A stretch of 64,000 nt of DNA from an uncultured virus (IMG/VR IMGVR_UViG_3300025613_000003) (Duplodnaviria; Heunggongvirae; Uroviricota; Caudoviricetes). The notes beneath the pieces are model-generated. The model saw only the letters and a program-made list of their open reading frames with translations. It was not told the origin of the DNA and searched no databases. Location of the stretch: the IMG/VR virus record IMGVR_UViG_3300025613_000003. One strand, given 5' to 3'. A program made the position numbers and the translations under genes. Below, piece by piece: positions 39,015 to 48,645 of the stretch; the stretch's first letter is position 1; each line of letters starts with the position of its first letter.

Positions 39015-39811
39015 ACATTGACGAATTGAACGATTGGATTGGAGGAGCCGACCTGAATTTCAGTGGTGGCGGAGCCTTGCCCGTTGGCGTCATCGTCAAT
39101 GACAGCAGCGAAGGCGGCGGCGATGCCGATCTCACCGGCACCTCAATGGCGACAGCGTTCGAGAGCCGTAGCGCAGCCGCAGGTCCTCGTCCAAGCCAAA
39201 GTCAAAGCCGCGGCGTGATCGCTCGCGCACCCAGTCCTCGCCAGGTCGCCACAGCCGCAGCACCCGGTGGCCGTGTCGTGACCAACATCACCAGCGCCGG
39301 AACCGGCAGCAGCAGGGGACAGGGTGGCGGCGGTTTCGGTCAGGCCCCGACAAGCGGTGGCCGAACCACGACAGCGCAGCAAAGCCAACCCCGCCCAATG
39401 GGTCCGGGTCAGATTTCGTCATCGGGAACTCGTGCAAATCCAGCACAAGCCCTTGGCCGGGCCGTGACTATACCGCAGGGCCTAAGCCAAAGCGGCGGCT
39501 TGGCCACGACCCAGGGCGGCACCATAACGGCATCCGGCAGAACCGTGATTCAGCAGAATGTGAATACCGCCCCCGCCCCGGGCAATCACGGCGGCGGCAT
39601 TGTCCCGATCTTTTGGGATGACGCCCTAATTCCGGGACAAAGCAGCGGCGGTGGCGGCGGCGGCACCGCCCCTGAAACGGCAAGGACAGAGCCGGCACCA
39701 GCCGAAACCGAAACCAATACCGAAACCCCGGTCGATAAAAAGTCGGGACCGTCACCGATTATACCCATCTCAATCGCGGCGGCGTTATTCCTAATCATTA
39801 CGCTCAAATGA
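39011..39811 (+). CDS. Low-complexity Gly/Ser/Thr/Pro protein, C-terminal TM
   Basis: Disordered body ending IIPISIAAALFLIITLK. Confidence 0.65.
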   Translation: MNIDELNDWIGGADLNFSGGGALPVGVIVNDSSEGGGDADLTGTSMATAFESRSAAAGPRPSQSQSRGVIARAPSPRQVATAAAPGGRVVTNITSAGTGSSRGQGGGGFGQAPTSGGRTTTAQQSQPRPMGPGQISSSGTRANPAQALGRAVTIPQGLSQSGGLATTQGGTITASGRTVIQQNVNTAPAPGNHGGGIVPIFWDDALIPGQSSGGGGGGTAPETARTEPAPAETETNTETPVDKKSGPSPIIPISIAAALFLIITLK

Positions 39812-40251
39812 AAACCGGAGAATTAAAGAGCTGGATCATTACCGAGGACTACGTTGCGCCTCATCGCGGCAGCGGCCAAAGTCGCCAATTCAAAAAGGGC
39901 GAGAAAGTCACTGGCACGGCGTACATACCCCAGGCCGCAGCCAACGTCCGGGCCATGCCCATGGTCGTGGTTGACGACAACTATCTCGTCCCCGCCACTC
40001 ATATCGCCGAATACGTGAGTAAAACCGGAGGACAGGGATCGGTTGTGGCCGAGGCCAGTATTGTCCCCACCGTGAAGAAGGTTAGCGGCAGCGCCGGATT
40101 CAAGAAGGGGGCTTTGCTTGGCGGCATCGCCGGAGCCGGGTTCAGCTTTTTCAAGGGCAAGAACATCATGGTCTATGGCATCATGGGGGTGTTGATTGGC
40201 GGCACCATCGGTTATCTCTATTACGAAAACGAAAAAAAGGAGGCGGTCTGA
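39808..40251 (+). CDS. Putative virion membrane protein (two C-terminal TM)
   Basis: GALLGGIAGAG...IMGVLIGGTIGYLY. Confidence 0.65.
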   Translation: MKTGELKSWIITEDYVAPHRGSGQSRQFKKGEKVTGTAYIPQAAANVRAMPMVVVDDNYLVPATHIAEYVSKTGGQGSVVAEASIVPTVKKVSGSAGFKKGALLGGIAGAGFSFFKGKNIMVYGIMGVLIGGTIGYLYYENEKKEAV

Positions 40252-40252
40252 T

Positions 40253-40486
40253 ATGGATCCATGGCAAGAAATAATGCGCGACCTCACCAACGACAGTGAG
40301 CCGTACAGCGGAATCCTCACCCAAGCCCCGGCTGTGAAAAATACCGGTATCGTGGCCGGACCCCTGCCGCCGACCAATTCAATCAAATGGCCGGGTAAGG
40401 CTTCAGGCGACAAAACCGTAGTTGTAGTTGTAGTCGCCGTTGCCGTTGCCGCGGCGGCTACGGCTGTTTACTTCCTCAATCGCTAA
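40253..40486 (+). CDS. Small C-terminal TM protein
   Basis: VVVVVVAVAVAAAATAVYF. Confidence 0.6.
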   Translation: MDPWQEIMRDLTNDSEPYSGILTQAPAVKNTGIVAGPLPPTNSIKWPGKASGDKTVVVVVVAVAVAAAATAVYFLNR

Positions 40487-40490
40487 CGCA

Positions 40491-40730
40491 ATGGAGATCA
40501 TTAGCCTTAACCCATACCTGGCCGCTGACGGAGTAAAATCAGCAGCGGATAAAAGACAAGACGAGGTTCAGAAAGGCCGCGCCTTTCTTTTTGGCGGCAT
40601 CGGCCTTATCGGCGGTGTCGCCATGGCCGGCATCGGCGAGATGAAGAAGAAGAACGCAATCCTGACCGTGGTGGCTATGACGGCGGTGTTTTCCGCAATC
40701 GGTTATTTCCACCGGGTTAAAATCAACTAA
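40491..40730 (+). CDS. Small two-TM protein
   Basis: Two hydrophobic segments. Confidence 0.6.
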   Translation: MEIISLNPYLAADGVKSAADKRQDEVQKGRAFLFGGIGLIGGVAMAGIGEMKKKNAILTVVAMTAVFSAIGYFHRVKIN

Positions 40731-40735
40731 TCACC

Positions 40736-41083
40736 ATGAAGGATCCGAAAAAGAGTATCGAACAATCACTTGGCATGCCTGAGCAGTACGGCTCCGCCCT
40801 TGGCGATCTCGCCATTGGCATGAACCAGGCCGCACAGCAGGCTAATCAGCAGGCCAATCAGCAAGACGGTGACGGCAAGATCTGGAGCGTTATCGACAAC
40901 GCCATCACCACGGCGGGAAACATCTTCGGCAAGAACCCGCGACAGGGAGCCGGAGCCACGGACTATACGCCGTCACCACCCCCATCTCCGATGTCAACGG
41001 CTGCGGTTATCGCCATTGCCGTGGTATCGCTTGCCCTTGTGGGTGGCGTAGCCTATGCCGTGACCAAGAGCAAGAAAAAGTAA
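40736..41083 (+). CDS. C-terminal TM protein
   Basis: Pro linker, TM and KSKKK tail. Confidence 0.65.
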   Translation: MKDPKKSIEQSLGMPEQYGSALGDLAIGMNQAAQQANQQANQQDGDGKIWSVIDNAITTAGNIFGKNPRQGAGATDYTPSPPPSPMSTAAVIAIAVVSLALVGGVAYAVTKSKKK

Positions 41084-41115
41084 GCGCTGAACCAAATCTG
41101 TAAATACCAGACGAT

Positions 41116-41316
41116 ATGAACGGTACGCCAAATAAGGGTCATGTTCTCGGTGCTGCGGTGGGTTTCGCCGCCGGTGCCGGATACGCCTTTTACAAGAAAA
41201 CCGGGTTTTGGAAGGGTTGGGGTTTGGCCATCATTGGCTCGGTCGTGATCGGCGGCTTAGGCTATGGCATTGGCTATGCCATGAAAAAGGATCCCACCAA
41301 TCAGCCAAAGCAATGA
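41116..41316 (+). CDS. Small two-TM protein
   Basis: Gly-rich helical hairpin. Confidence 0.65.
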   Translation: MNGTPNKGHVLGAAVGFAAGAGYAFYKKTGFWKGWGLAIIGSVVIGGLGYGIGYAMKKDPTNQPKQ

Positions 41317-41319
41317 CCA

Positions 41320-42114
41320 ATGTTGGTAACCTATCCCACAAATGGAAAGCCGTTGTTGATAAGGGTAACGGTTACGCCCACGGTTGCCAAAGCCATCCGG
41401 GTCTTGGCCTTCGATCAGGACGCACCCAATACCCGGTACTTTGATTGGAATTTCAATCTACGTTCACCGCGGCAGCTTCGGCTAAAGTTTCCGGTGACGC
41501 CTAACAATATGGTGCTGGTAATCGCCGGCACCGAAATAGTGGCAAGGAGAGGCGGGGAGGATCGTTCTTTGAGGTTCTCGGATTATTCGGTTGAGGCCGG
41601 TAAGCCGTGCAATGCCTGGATGAGTGGCCATAGCCGCAAGTTCGACAAGTTCATGTCGGAATTCAATCAGAAGGCAAGTTATCTGCCTCCGGGTGAATAC
41701 CGAAGCAGTGACGGCGAATTTCTGATCAAGTACTTGCCCCAGATCGTTGACTACCAAACCAAGCGGGTGATGACAACGCCGGCTCGCATCGGCCACAAGT
41801 CGGGTACGATTGAAATCAATCGGGAGCAATGGCTAAGGTTCACGTTCCCGGCGCGGCAGATCATCTCCATGCACGAGTACGCGCACAAGTGGGAGAACGA
41901 GGCCAGCGGCACCACCAAGGATGACGAGATCGGAGCCGACCTGAACGCCATCTACAAGTACATGGGTCAGGGTTATCCCGGCATGGAGGCAAGACAGGTA
42001 TTCGCGCATGTGTTTTACCGGGCGCAGACGCCGTTGAACATTGACAGGTTGAACATTATCAATGACTACATCGACCGCTTTGAACGCGGCGACATCATAC
42101 CCGGATGCAGTTGA
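41320..42114 (+). CDS. Zincin-like metallopeptidase, candidate virion maturation protease
   Basis: TPARI...MHEYAH...DEIGAD (HExxH plus downstream E). Confidence 0.6.
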   Translation: MLVTYPTNGKPLLIRVTVTPTVAKAIRVLAFDQDAPNTRYFDWNFNLRSPRQLRLKFPVTPNNMVLVIAGTEIVARRGGEDRSLRFSDYSVEAGKPCNAWMSGHSRKFDKFMSEFNQKASYLPPGEYRSSDGEFLIKYLPQIVDYQTKRVMTTPARIGHKSGTIEINREQWLRFTFPARQIISMHEYAHKWENEASGTTKDDEIGADLNAIYKYMGQGYPGMEARQVFAHVFYRAQTPLNIDRLNIINDYIDRFERGDIIPGCS

Positions 42115-42115
42115 T

Positions 42116-42691
42116 ATGGAGGTCAGGTTATTTGAAGAAGTTGCGCCACCGCCGCTGAAGAACGGCGGAAGCCAGGGCTTGGGACCGTTTCGGTTCCCGG
42201 GCCTGAAAGACTATTTCAGCCTGAACGTACTCAACACCGTCAGCGACTTCGACTACCACTTGTTTGACCCGGTCACGAACCCGGCTCAGGCACCGTACTC
42301 AACCGATATTACCTCGGTTGGGGGCAAGACCTACGCAAGTGTATTCAACGAGGTGGTGAACAACGGATACGAAATCGAATTCATTAAGATCTACTATCCC
42401 GACCCCGCCACGGCGGTGAATCAACGCCGCGAAGAAATGTATAAGTGGTATCGGGACAGCAACGGCCAGGATCGGCGCGACCCCTTGATTCTGCTCAACG
42501 CAATCGATGTCTATCAAGAGAACCTAAACGTTATCAACTTGGATCTGCGCCAAAGCCCGATGATGCTGGACGGAACCAACTACCTCATATACCGGATGCT
42601 GAAGGACGTGGAACTCACCCTGTTCTTTTTCTACCGCCGAGTACAGAAATCGACTGCATTGGATGAAATGAAAAAATATCTACATGGCTGA
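42116..42691 (+). CDS. Capsid-like paralogue (candidate second/minor capsid protein)
   Basis: YRDSNGQDRRDPLILLNAIDVYQ...LDGTNYL aligns to YVDANGRTASDPVALSNYKDAYQ...IDGNTYL of 37079. Confidence 0.6.
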   Translation: MEVRLFEEVAPPPLKNGGSQGLGPFRFPGLKDYFSLNVLNTVSDFDYHLFDPVTNPAQAPYSTDITSVGGKTYASVFNEVVNNGYEIEFIKIYYPDPATAVNQRREEMYKWYRDSNGQDRRDPLILLNAIDVYQENLNVINLDLRQSPMMLDGTNYLIYRMLKDVELTLFFFYRRVQKSTALDEMKKYLHG

Positions 42692-43184
42692 AACCACAAC
42701 ATATAAGTTTTGGAAGGAGATGCCGATCTGGGCCAAGGGCGTGATCGGCACCGCCATTGCCGGATCCGTGGTTGTTGCGGCTTGGTCGATATGGAGCATG
42801 GTCAAGCGCCGGCGTGATCAGGAAAAGAACCGGGCATTGTTATCTCAGGTGAGAAAGGATTTGGCGGCTCTGTCCAAAAAGGGTATTGAACCCGGTTACA
42901 GCCAGGGCCAGTACAAGATCTGGGCCGACAGCCTGCAGGAGTGTTTTCAGGGTTGGGGTACTTGCAACAACTACCTGGACATATTCAAGATGATCCGCAA
43001 CGACGCCGATCTACTCCTACTCATTGACGCCTACGGTATCAGAAAAGTCAGCGGCGGCAAACTCAATCCCGTTGATCAGGAGGGTACGCTTCCACAGGCC
43101 ATGGTCGATGAGCTGGACGCAAACGAAATCTTTGTCGTCAACCAGGTCTTGGCGAAGAACGGGGTAAAAACAAGCATTGCATGA
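42684..43184 (+). CDS. N-terminal TM virion-module protein
   Basis: PIWAKGVIG TM followed by helical domain. Confidence 0.6.
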   Translation: MAETTTYKFWKEMPIWAKGVIGTAIAGSVVVAAWSIWSMVKRRRDQEKNRALLSQVRKDLAALSKKGIEPGYSQGQYKIWADSLQECFQGWGTCNNYLDIFKMIRNDADLLLLIDAYGIRKVSGGKLNPVDQEGTLPQAMVDELDANEIFVVNQVLAKNGVKTSIA

Positions 43185-43423
43185 AACTGAATTTTCAGAA
43201 AATCGCATTATACGGGTTGGCTACGATAGGGGCATACTTTGTCGTTGTCGCCCTTGTGAATTCCATCCCCAAAGCTCAACTCCCCAGCTTCGGTCTTGGA
43301 GGTGGCATAGGGGGCGGCAATCCTGCTCCGCCGCCCCCGCCTCCAGCCGTCCCGGCAGCGCCTCCGGTTCAGGCCGCACCACCTCCCGCCCCGGCAGCGC
43401 CTCCCGTACCGGGCATGATCTGA
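43181..43423 (+). CDS. TM protein with Pro-rich tail
   Basis: TM plus poly-Pro. Confidence 0.55.
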   Translation: MKLNFQKIALYGLATIGAYFVVVALVNSIPKAQLPSFGLGGGIGGGNPAPPPPPPAVPAAPPVQAAPPPAPAAPPVPGMI

Positions 43424-43429
43424 TACGCT

Positions 43430-43645
43430 ATGAAATTCATCACCTACACCCTGGCCGTGATCGGCGGCATCGCCCTGATCAGATACGGCAGAAACAAGAT
43501 GGCACAGAACCGCGGCGTCACCGCCCCGGCCAAAACCAAAACCGCTCCGGCTCCGCAATTACGAGGCCAGGAGCAGATCATCATCACGGTGCCGACCATT
43601 GAGGGCGACATCGGCATGATTGATTGGGTAGGAGGCCAGGGCTAA
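43430..43645 (+). CDS. Small N-terminal TM protein
   Basis: Packed ORF. Confidence 0.55.
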   Translation: MKFITYTLAVIGGIALIRYGRNKMAQNRGVTAPAKTKTAPAPQLRGQEQIIITVPTIEGDIGMIDWVGGQG

Positions 43646-43845
43646 TGAAGCCGGCGGTAAGAACGGCATTGATTGTGGCCGCAGCCGCAGCCGCAGCCGT
43701 TTATATGGTCGTGACCGCGACAAAAAAAACCACTCCGGCACAGGCTCCGACAACGGCGGGGACTGAGCCGGGTAAAACCGAATCACAACCTGTTCGGGAT
43801 CCGCTAGGTCCCGTTGTAGGTGGTAAAAAACCGGGATCGAAATGA
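43645..43845 (+). CDS. Small N-terminal TM protein
   Basis: TAATG overlap; Ala-rich TM. Confidence 0.55.
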   Translation: MKPAVRTALIVAAAAAAAVYMVVTATKKTTPAQAPTTAGTEPGKTESQPVRDPLGPVVGGKKPGSK

Positions 43846-44117
43846 ACAAGACGACAAAGATCATTCTCTATTCGTTACTGACCGTTGGTGCGGTGGCGGC
43901 GGCGGCGCAAGCCTATATTGCGTTTGCGCCCATCACCAGCGTTCGTCACGCCATCATCATTCTCCGGCGCAAGAACCCGGCACGGCTACGGCAAAACCTA
44001 ATCGCCATGGACAAGGGTTTTGTCATTGCCTGGGCGATGGCGGCTCGGGATGGAGAGAAGGAGTTCGGATATGAGAACAGGATTTTCAGCACCGAAACCG
44101 GGAGGGTCAAGCCATGA
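43842..44117 (+). CDS. Small N-terminal TM protein
   Basis: ATGA overlaps; AWA.A...F.Y...FST.TGR tail. Confidence 0.6.
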   Translation: MNKTTKIILYSLLTVGAVAAAAQAYIAFAPITSVRHAIIILRRKNPARLRQNLIAMDKGFVIAWAMAARDGEKEFGYENRIFSTETGRVKP

Positions 44118-44569
44118 AAGCGGGTAAGATCATAATCGGTACCGCCTTTGTTGCCGCATTCGGCACAAGCCTGTACTTCCTCTACACGAAACTGATTCGT
44201 CCCGAGCTGATGAAGCGCAGACAAAGTGGTGGTGCCGGATCGTCACAACCGCCACCGCTACCGAGTAGCGGCACGGTTCCGAAGCCGACACAATCCAGTT
44301 CAACGCCGCAGATTGTGTGGCCGCTGAAAAAGGGAAGCAAGGGCGCGGGCGTGAAGATGTTGCAGCAGGCCCTAATCGACCTCTACGGATCCTCGATACT
44401 GCCTCGTTACGGAGCCGATGGCGACTTCGGATCAGAAACGGAATCGGCACTAATCAGCAAGGGCTACCTGGCTCAAATCTTCCAAAAGGATTTTGACCTC
44501 ATCATCGCCGGGGCCAAGGCAAAAAAAGAACGCGAAACCAGTTCCGGCATTACGGGTTGGATTTCATAA
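44114..44569 (+). CDS. Membrane-anchored peptidoglycan-binding (PG_binding_1-like) protein
   Basis: LKKGSKGAGVKMLQQAL...GADGDFGSETESAL. Confidence 0.85.
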   Translation: MKAGKIIIGTAFVAAFGTSLYFLYTKLIRPELMKRRQSGGAGSSQPPPLPSSGTVPKPTQSSSTPQIVWPLKKGSKGAGVKMLQQALIDLYGSSILPRYGADGDFGSETESALISKGYLAQIFQKDFDLIIAGAKAKKERETSSGITGWIS

Positions 44570-44581
44570 TCGACACAGAAC

Positions 44582-45127
44582 ATGACACAGCACTCATTCT
44601 CAAGCGCAGACGCTACCGGCAGTCAAAACACGGCCATCCAGGCCAACTTGAAGGCCATGCAGGACCGCATCGTCAGGCTCCAGGCCGATCTTGACGCCGC
44701 CACCGCCGACTTCAACAAAAAGAAGCTGGCTTACGAGCAGGTCAAGGCCGCATACGACACCAACTACGCCGACAAGCGGCGTCAGAACGAACTCAAACCC
44801 CAGGTCATGGCGGCGGGATCGGCTATGGACGCGGCATTGGCGGTGATGAACAATGTCAAGGACAACCTCAAATCCGCCACTGACGAGTACGAACGCGCAT
44901 TGAAGAACGCCGAAGCCCAGGCCGTGATCAATCTCAGCCCGGAGCAACGCGCACAGTACGAACTCACCAAGGCCCAGGCTCAGGCCGCAATTGCAGCGGC
45001 AGATAAGGCCGCAGGTGGTAAGAAGTTGTTGCTCATCATTGTCGGCATCGGCTTGGGCTTAGTCGCTCTCGGCACCGCAATCTACCTGATCAAAAAAGGA
45101 AAAGCCGCACAAGCCGCGGCTGCATAA
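44582..45127 (+). CDS. Coiled-coil protein with C-terminal TM
   Basis: Heptad Ala-rich body; LLLIIVGIGLGLVALGTAIYLIKK. Confidence 0.65.
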   Translation: MTQHSFSSADATGSQNTAIQANLKAMQDRIVRLQADLDAATADFNKKKLAYEQVKAAYDTNYADKRRQNELKPQVMAAGSAMDAALAVMNNVKDNLKSATDEYERALKNAEAQAVINLSPEQRAQYELTKAQAQAAIAAADKAAGGKKLLLIIVGIGLGLVALGTAIYLIKKGKAAQAAAA

Positions 45128-45130
45128 GAC

Positions 45131-45775
45131 ATGGCCAGTTTCGACATAGCACAGGAAATTGTCAAGGCCAACGAAGGCGGTTACCAAAACAATCCAAAGG
45201 ATAGCGGTAACTACACCGGGGGCAAGGTCGGGGTCGGTGCCCAGATCGGCACCAACCATGGCGTTAGCGCCCCGGTTCTGATGGCATGGCTTGGCCGTAC
45301 CCCCACGGTCGAGGACATGCGTAACCTTGGCTATGCCACGGCGCTGCAGATATTCAAGCGCAACTACTGGGATTATCTCGCCCTGGACAACCTCGCCAAT
45401 CAGAGCATTGCCAACATGATCTATGACGGAGCCATCAACCAAGGCGTAGGCGCAAGCAAGAAAATGATGGCGGACGCCTTGATTGCCGTTGGCAAAACCG
45501 GACAAGGCACGGAATCGGCGTCAGCGCTTGTGGCCAAAATCAATTCCGTGAATCAGGAGGCGTATTTCAACGCCTACCGGGAAGCGAGAAAGAAGCGTTA
45601 CGACCGAAACCAAGGCCATTACGCATATTCGCACTGGATCAAGCGCCTCAACGAGATCGGTTTTTTTTTTAAAGAAAACCTGGCCGTGACGGTATTGGTC
45701 ACCACCGCCTTGTTGGCGGCGGCGGCGGCGATATATTACTGGAGAAAACCACTGATTAAAACCATCGATCAATGA
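45131..45775 (+). CDS. Glycoside hydrolase family 108 lysozyme with C-terminal TM
   Basis: NEGGYQNNPKDSG, TNHGVS, YWD, YDGAINQG, WIKRL; TM tail. Confidence 0.85.
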   Translation: MASFDIAQEIVKANEGGYQNNPKDSGNYTGGKVGVGAQIGTNHGVSAPVLMAWLGRTPTVEDMRNLGYATALQIFKRNYWDYLALDNLANQSIANMIYDGAINQGVGASKKMMADALIAVGKTGQGTESASALVAKINSVNQEAYFNAYREARKKRYDRNQGHYAYSHWIKRLNEIGFFFKENLAVTVLVTTALLAAAAAIYYWRKPLIKTIDQ

Positions 45776-46035
45776 CATTTCACGCCGACTACGAAAATCT
45801 CAACAGCGGATTCCTGGGCGGGATCTTTGAAACCAGAAGTGGGCGGGATCGGCGCGAGGCCGAGGCCGAGGCTATCCGTGCCAAGGCCCAGGTTGACGCC
45901 GCACTTGCCGCCTATCTGAACAACCCCGCCAACACCGGTTCCGGTCAGAGCCATGGCGTACCGACCTGGGCAAAGGCCGTTGCCGCCGCAGTCGGTATCG
46001 GCATAATCGCGGTCGTGGCTTACAAAATGATTTGA
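45772..46035 (+). CDS. Small C-terminal TM protein
   Basis: PTWAKAVAAAVGIGIIAVVAYK. Confidence 0.6.
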   Translation: MTFHADYENLNSGFLGGIFETRSGRDRREAEAEAIRAKAQVDAALAAYLNNPANTGSGQSHGVPTWAKAVAAAVGIGIIAVVAYKMI

Positions 46036-46520
46036 TGAAAACGCCGGGGCTGATACTGACTTCCTTGCTACTTGGCGGCTACGCCCTGCACTATGTGGTG
46101 CGGCAGCAACGGCTATTGACCAAGACCTCGATCAAGCCCTTGCGCTATCGCATACAAAAACTTGATGGTGACGACACCAGGATGACGATTGATCTGGCCA
46201 TGACGAACGGAACCGACATAAACTGCAAGGTTTGGGCGCGTGATCTGGCACTGAGTATCGGCTCAAACCGGGTCGGTACCGCATCCGTGCTGGACAAGGC
46301 CGTGGTTCCGGCAAGAAGCACCACCACCTTTACCGCGGCTCTTGCCTTCAGTCCAAAGAAGGCGGTGGCGTCCGGGCTAAAGGGTTTGTTTGGTGATTAC
46401 GCCGGACTTGCCGGCGTAGTGTTCAGGATCCAAGGCCATCTCACCGTTACGGCAGGGCTGTTCATCGGCCAGATCCCAATCAACATCGTCTTTAACCTGA
46501 GAGAGATCGTAGCGCAATGA
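46032..46520 (+). CDS. LEA_2/WHy-like membrane-anchored beta-sandwich protein
   Basis: N-terminal TM; LAMTNGT...VG...VPARSTT pattern. Confidence 0.55.
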   Translation: MMKTPGLILTSLLLGGYALHYVVRQQRLLTKTSIKPLRYRIQKLDGDDTRMTIDLAMTNGTDINCKVWARDLALSIGSNRVGTASVLDKAVVPARSTTTFTAALAFSPKKAVASGLKGLFGDYAGLAGVVFRIQGHLTVTAGLFIGQIPINIVFNLREIVAQ

Positions 46521-47623
46521 CCTGGCTCAAGTCCATAACACAGGCACAACGGGCATGGACCGGCGGCAGCGGCGGTGGCGGCACCCCCCCGGCACCCCCG
46601 CCAAGCCGCAAGCTGAAGCTGAACAACGCCGCGCCATGGCTGGGCAACGCCGCTCAGGAGGATGCGAGGTTGAACTATTGCATTGCCAAGGGATTTAACG
46701 GCATTCAGCTCTACGGCCTTTACGGCGTTTTCGGTGACCCCACCCTGGAGGGCTATCTCGCCTCCTTTATTCAGAAAGCCTACACCTTGTTCAATCTCAG
46801 CACCGTGGGCTGCATCATGGGTTCGGGCATAGCCGGGTTTCAGCTCGCCCTGACCTATAACGGCTCCGTTGCGGCCAACCAACGCTTCAACGACTTCAAC
46901 AAGGAGAATGAGTTTTGGAACGGCTACATGGTGCAATGGGAGGTATTGACCGCGGCTGCGGGTAGCACCTACACGATCACGATTGACGGCACCCCCTTCA
47001 GCTATGTCCGGGGCGGTGGCGACACCAATGATGACGTAGCCGCTGCGCTTGCGGCCTTGATTGACGCCGACCCTGATCTGGCCGGGACAAGCACGAATGA
47101 ATTCGTGTATGCGCGTAACACCGCGGATCTGCTCACCTACACATACAGCGAAACCGCCAACCTCGACCCGAGCCTGATCAACGAGGATTATGCGTCATGG
47201 ATTGCGAGCCTGCAATGGCTCGCGCCTCAACTGAGCGGAACGGAATTGATTTCGGCATACGTGGCCAATCCCGGCAACCGTTGGGCCGTAGCCGAGGCCG
47301 AGGACATGATTCAGGTCATTGACTTCTACGAGGGTACGAACTACACCACAGCACCGGATGAGGGTCAGACCGGGTTCCGGGATTATCAACTCCTGTACCT
47401 GGGACAAGCCTGCGTGAACCTTGGCCTTACCCAAACGTTTCAGACCTTGTTCTCAGCTGAACCCGTGTTCATGGGTCCATACCTTAACGCCAACGGCATC
47501 GCCGTTGCGGAATCGACCTGGGATACTCAGTACGGATTGGATACCTTCACGGGCAAGGATCAACTTGTTCACAACGGTTTCAATTACTTCGACTACAACG
47601 ACATGATCATCTACGTACCATGA
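46517..47623 (+). CDS. Putative virion surface protein with GH-like TIM barrel, paralogue A
   Basis: YC..KGFNGIQLYGL, FNKENEFW, FSAEP.FM; shared with 47620 and 52942. Confidence 0.6.
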   Translation: MTWLKSITQAQRAWTGGSGGGGTPPAPPPSRKLKLNNAAPWLGNAAQEDARLNYCIAKGFNGIQLYGLYGVFGDPTLEGYLASFIQKAYTLFNLSTVGCIMGSGIAGFQLALTYNGSVAANQRFNDFNKENEFWNGYMVQWEVLTAAAGSTYTITIDGTPFSYVRGGGDTNDDVAAALAALIDADPDLAGTSTNEFVYARNTADLLTYTYSETANLDPSLINEDYASWIASLQWLAPQLSGTELISAYVANPGNRWAVAEAEDMIQVIDFYEGTNYTTAPDEGQTGFRDYQLLYLGQACVNLGLTQTFQTLFSAEPVFMGPYLNANGIAVAESTWDTQYGLDTFTGKDQLVHNGFNYFDYNDMIIYVP

Positions 47624-48642
47624 GGCAGATCAAGTTAAATAACTGTGCGACCTGGCTCGGTAACGCCACATCGGAAAACAACCGATTGTCGTATTGCCTT
47701 AGCAAGGGCATTGTCGGCATTCAGCTCTACGGCCTGTACGGGGTATTTGGAAACGCCACGATGGAGGCCAGACTTGCGGCCTTTATCGCCAAGGCTTACG
47801 CCGCACCGTATAACATGCAGTACGTGGGCTGTATCATGGGTTCGGGCTTCAACGGCTTCCAGCTCGCAATCAACTACAACGCCTCGGTTGCGGCCAATCA
47901 GCGTTTCAACTTGTTCAACAAAGAGAATGAGTTCTGGTTCGGCATGCGCCGCGACTACGAAATCGCAAGCGTGTTGGTTGGGTTTACTTACAGCATCACC
48001 ATTAACCTGGTGACGTACAGTTATACCGCAATCGCCGGCGACACCGTCAACACCATTGCGGGACAGCTTGCGACCAGGATCACGGCGGCGAATTTCAACA
48101 TCGTGGTCAACGGCGACACCATATCCGTAACCGGACCGGGCATCGTGTATTGGTCAAGTTCAAACAGCGCACGCATAAACGTCAGCCTCATCAGCGAGGA
48201 TTTTGAGAGCTGGATTCAGTCAATTAAGGACATGAAGGCGGCGCTGTTACCGGGTCAATACATCAGCGCCTACGTTGCCAACCCGTTTAATAACTGGGGC
48301 ATGACCGAGGCGGATCAGATGGTGGGGCCATTGACTTGGTACGAAGGCACCAACTACACCACGGCACCGAACGCGACCACGACCAACTTCCGATACTATC
48401 AGCTCGACTACATCGGTAAAGCCGCTTTGGCCAAGATAATTCCCACCACGCAGAAGATACTGGCCTTGCACAGTGCCGAACCCGCGTTCATGGGGCCATA
48501 TCTGCAGGCCAACGGCCTGAACAACAGCGAGGCGACATGGAACGCGCAATACGCCGCCATGGCGTTTCCGGGTAAGACCGGCATCGTCCGTGACGGATTC
48601 TGCTATTTCGACTATAACCGAATGATAACCTACGTACCCTAA
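47620..48642 (+). CDS. Putative virion surface protein, paralogue B
   Basis: Extensive identity to 46517 (GIQLYGLYGVFG, VGCIMGSG, YEGTNYTTAP). Confidence 0.65.
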   Translation: MRQIKLNNCATWLGNATSENNRLSYCLSKGIVGIQLYGLYGVFGNATMEARLAAFIAKAYAAPYNMQYVGCIMGSGFNGFQLAINYNASVAANQRFNLFNKENEFWFGMRRDYEIASVLVGFTYSITINLVTYSYTAIAGDTVNTIAGQLATRITAANFNIVVNGDTISVTGPGIVYWSSSNSARINVSLISEDFESWIQSIKDMKAALLPGQYISAYVANPFNNWGMTEADQMVGPLTWYEGTNYTTAPNATTTNFRYYQLDYIGKAALAKIIPTTQKILALHSAEPAFMGPYLQANGLNNSEATWNAQYAAMAFPGKTGIVRDGFCYFDYNRMITYVP

Positions 48643-48645
48643 GCC

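Noticed and set aside
45661..45673. T10 homopolymer as a frameshift or phase-variation site
   Set aside because: The lysozyme frame reads through into a sensible TM tail; no evidence of slippage from one sequence.
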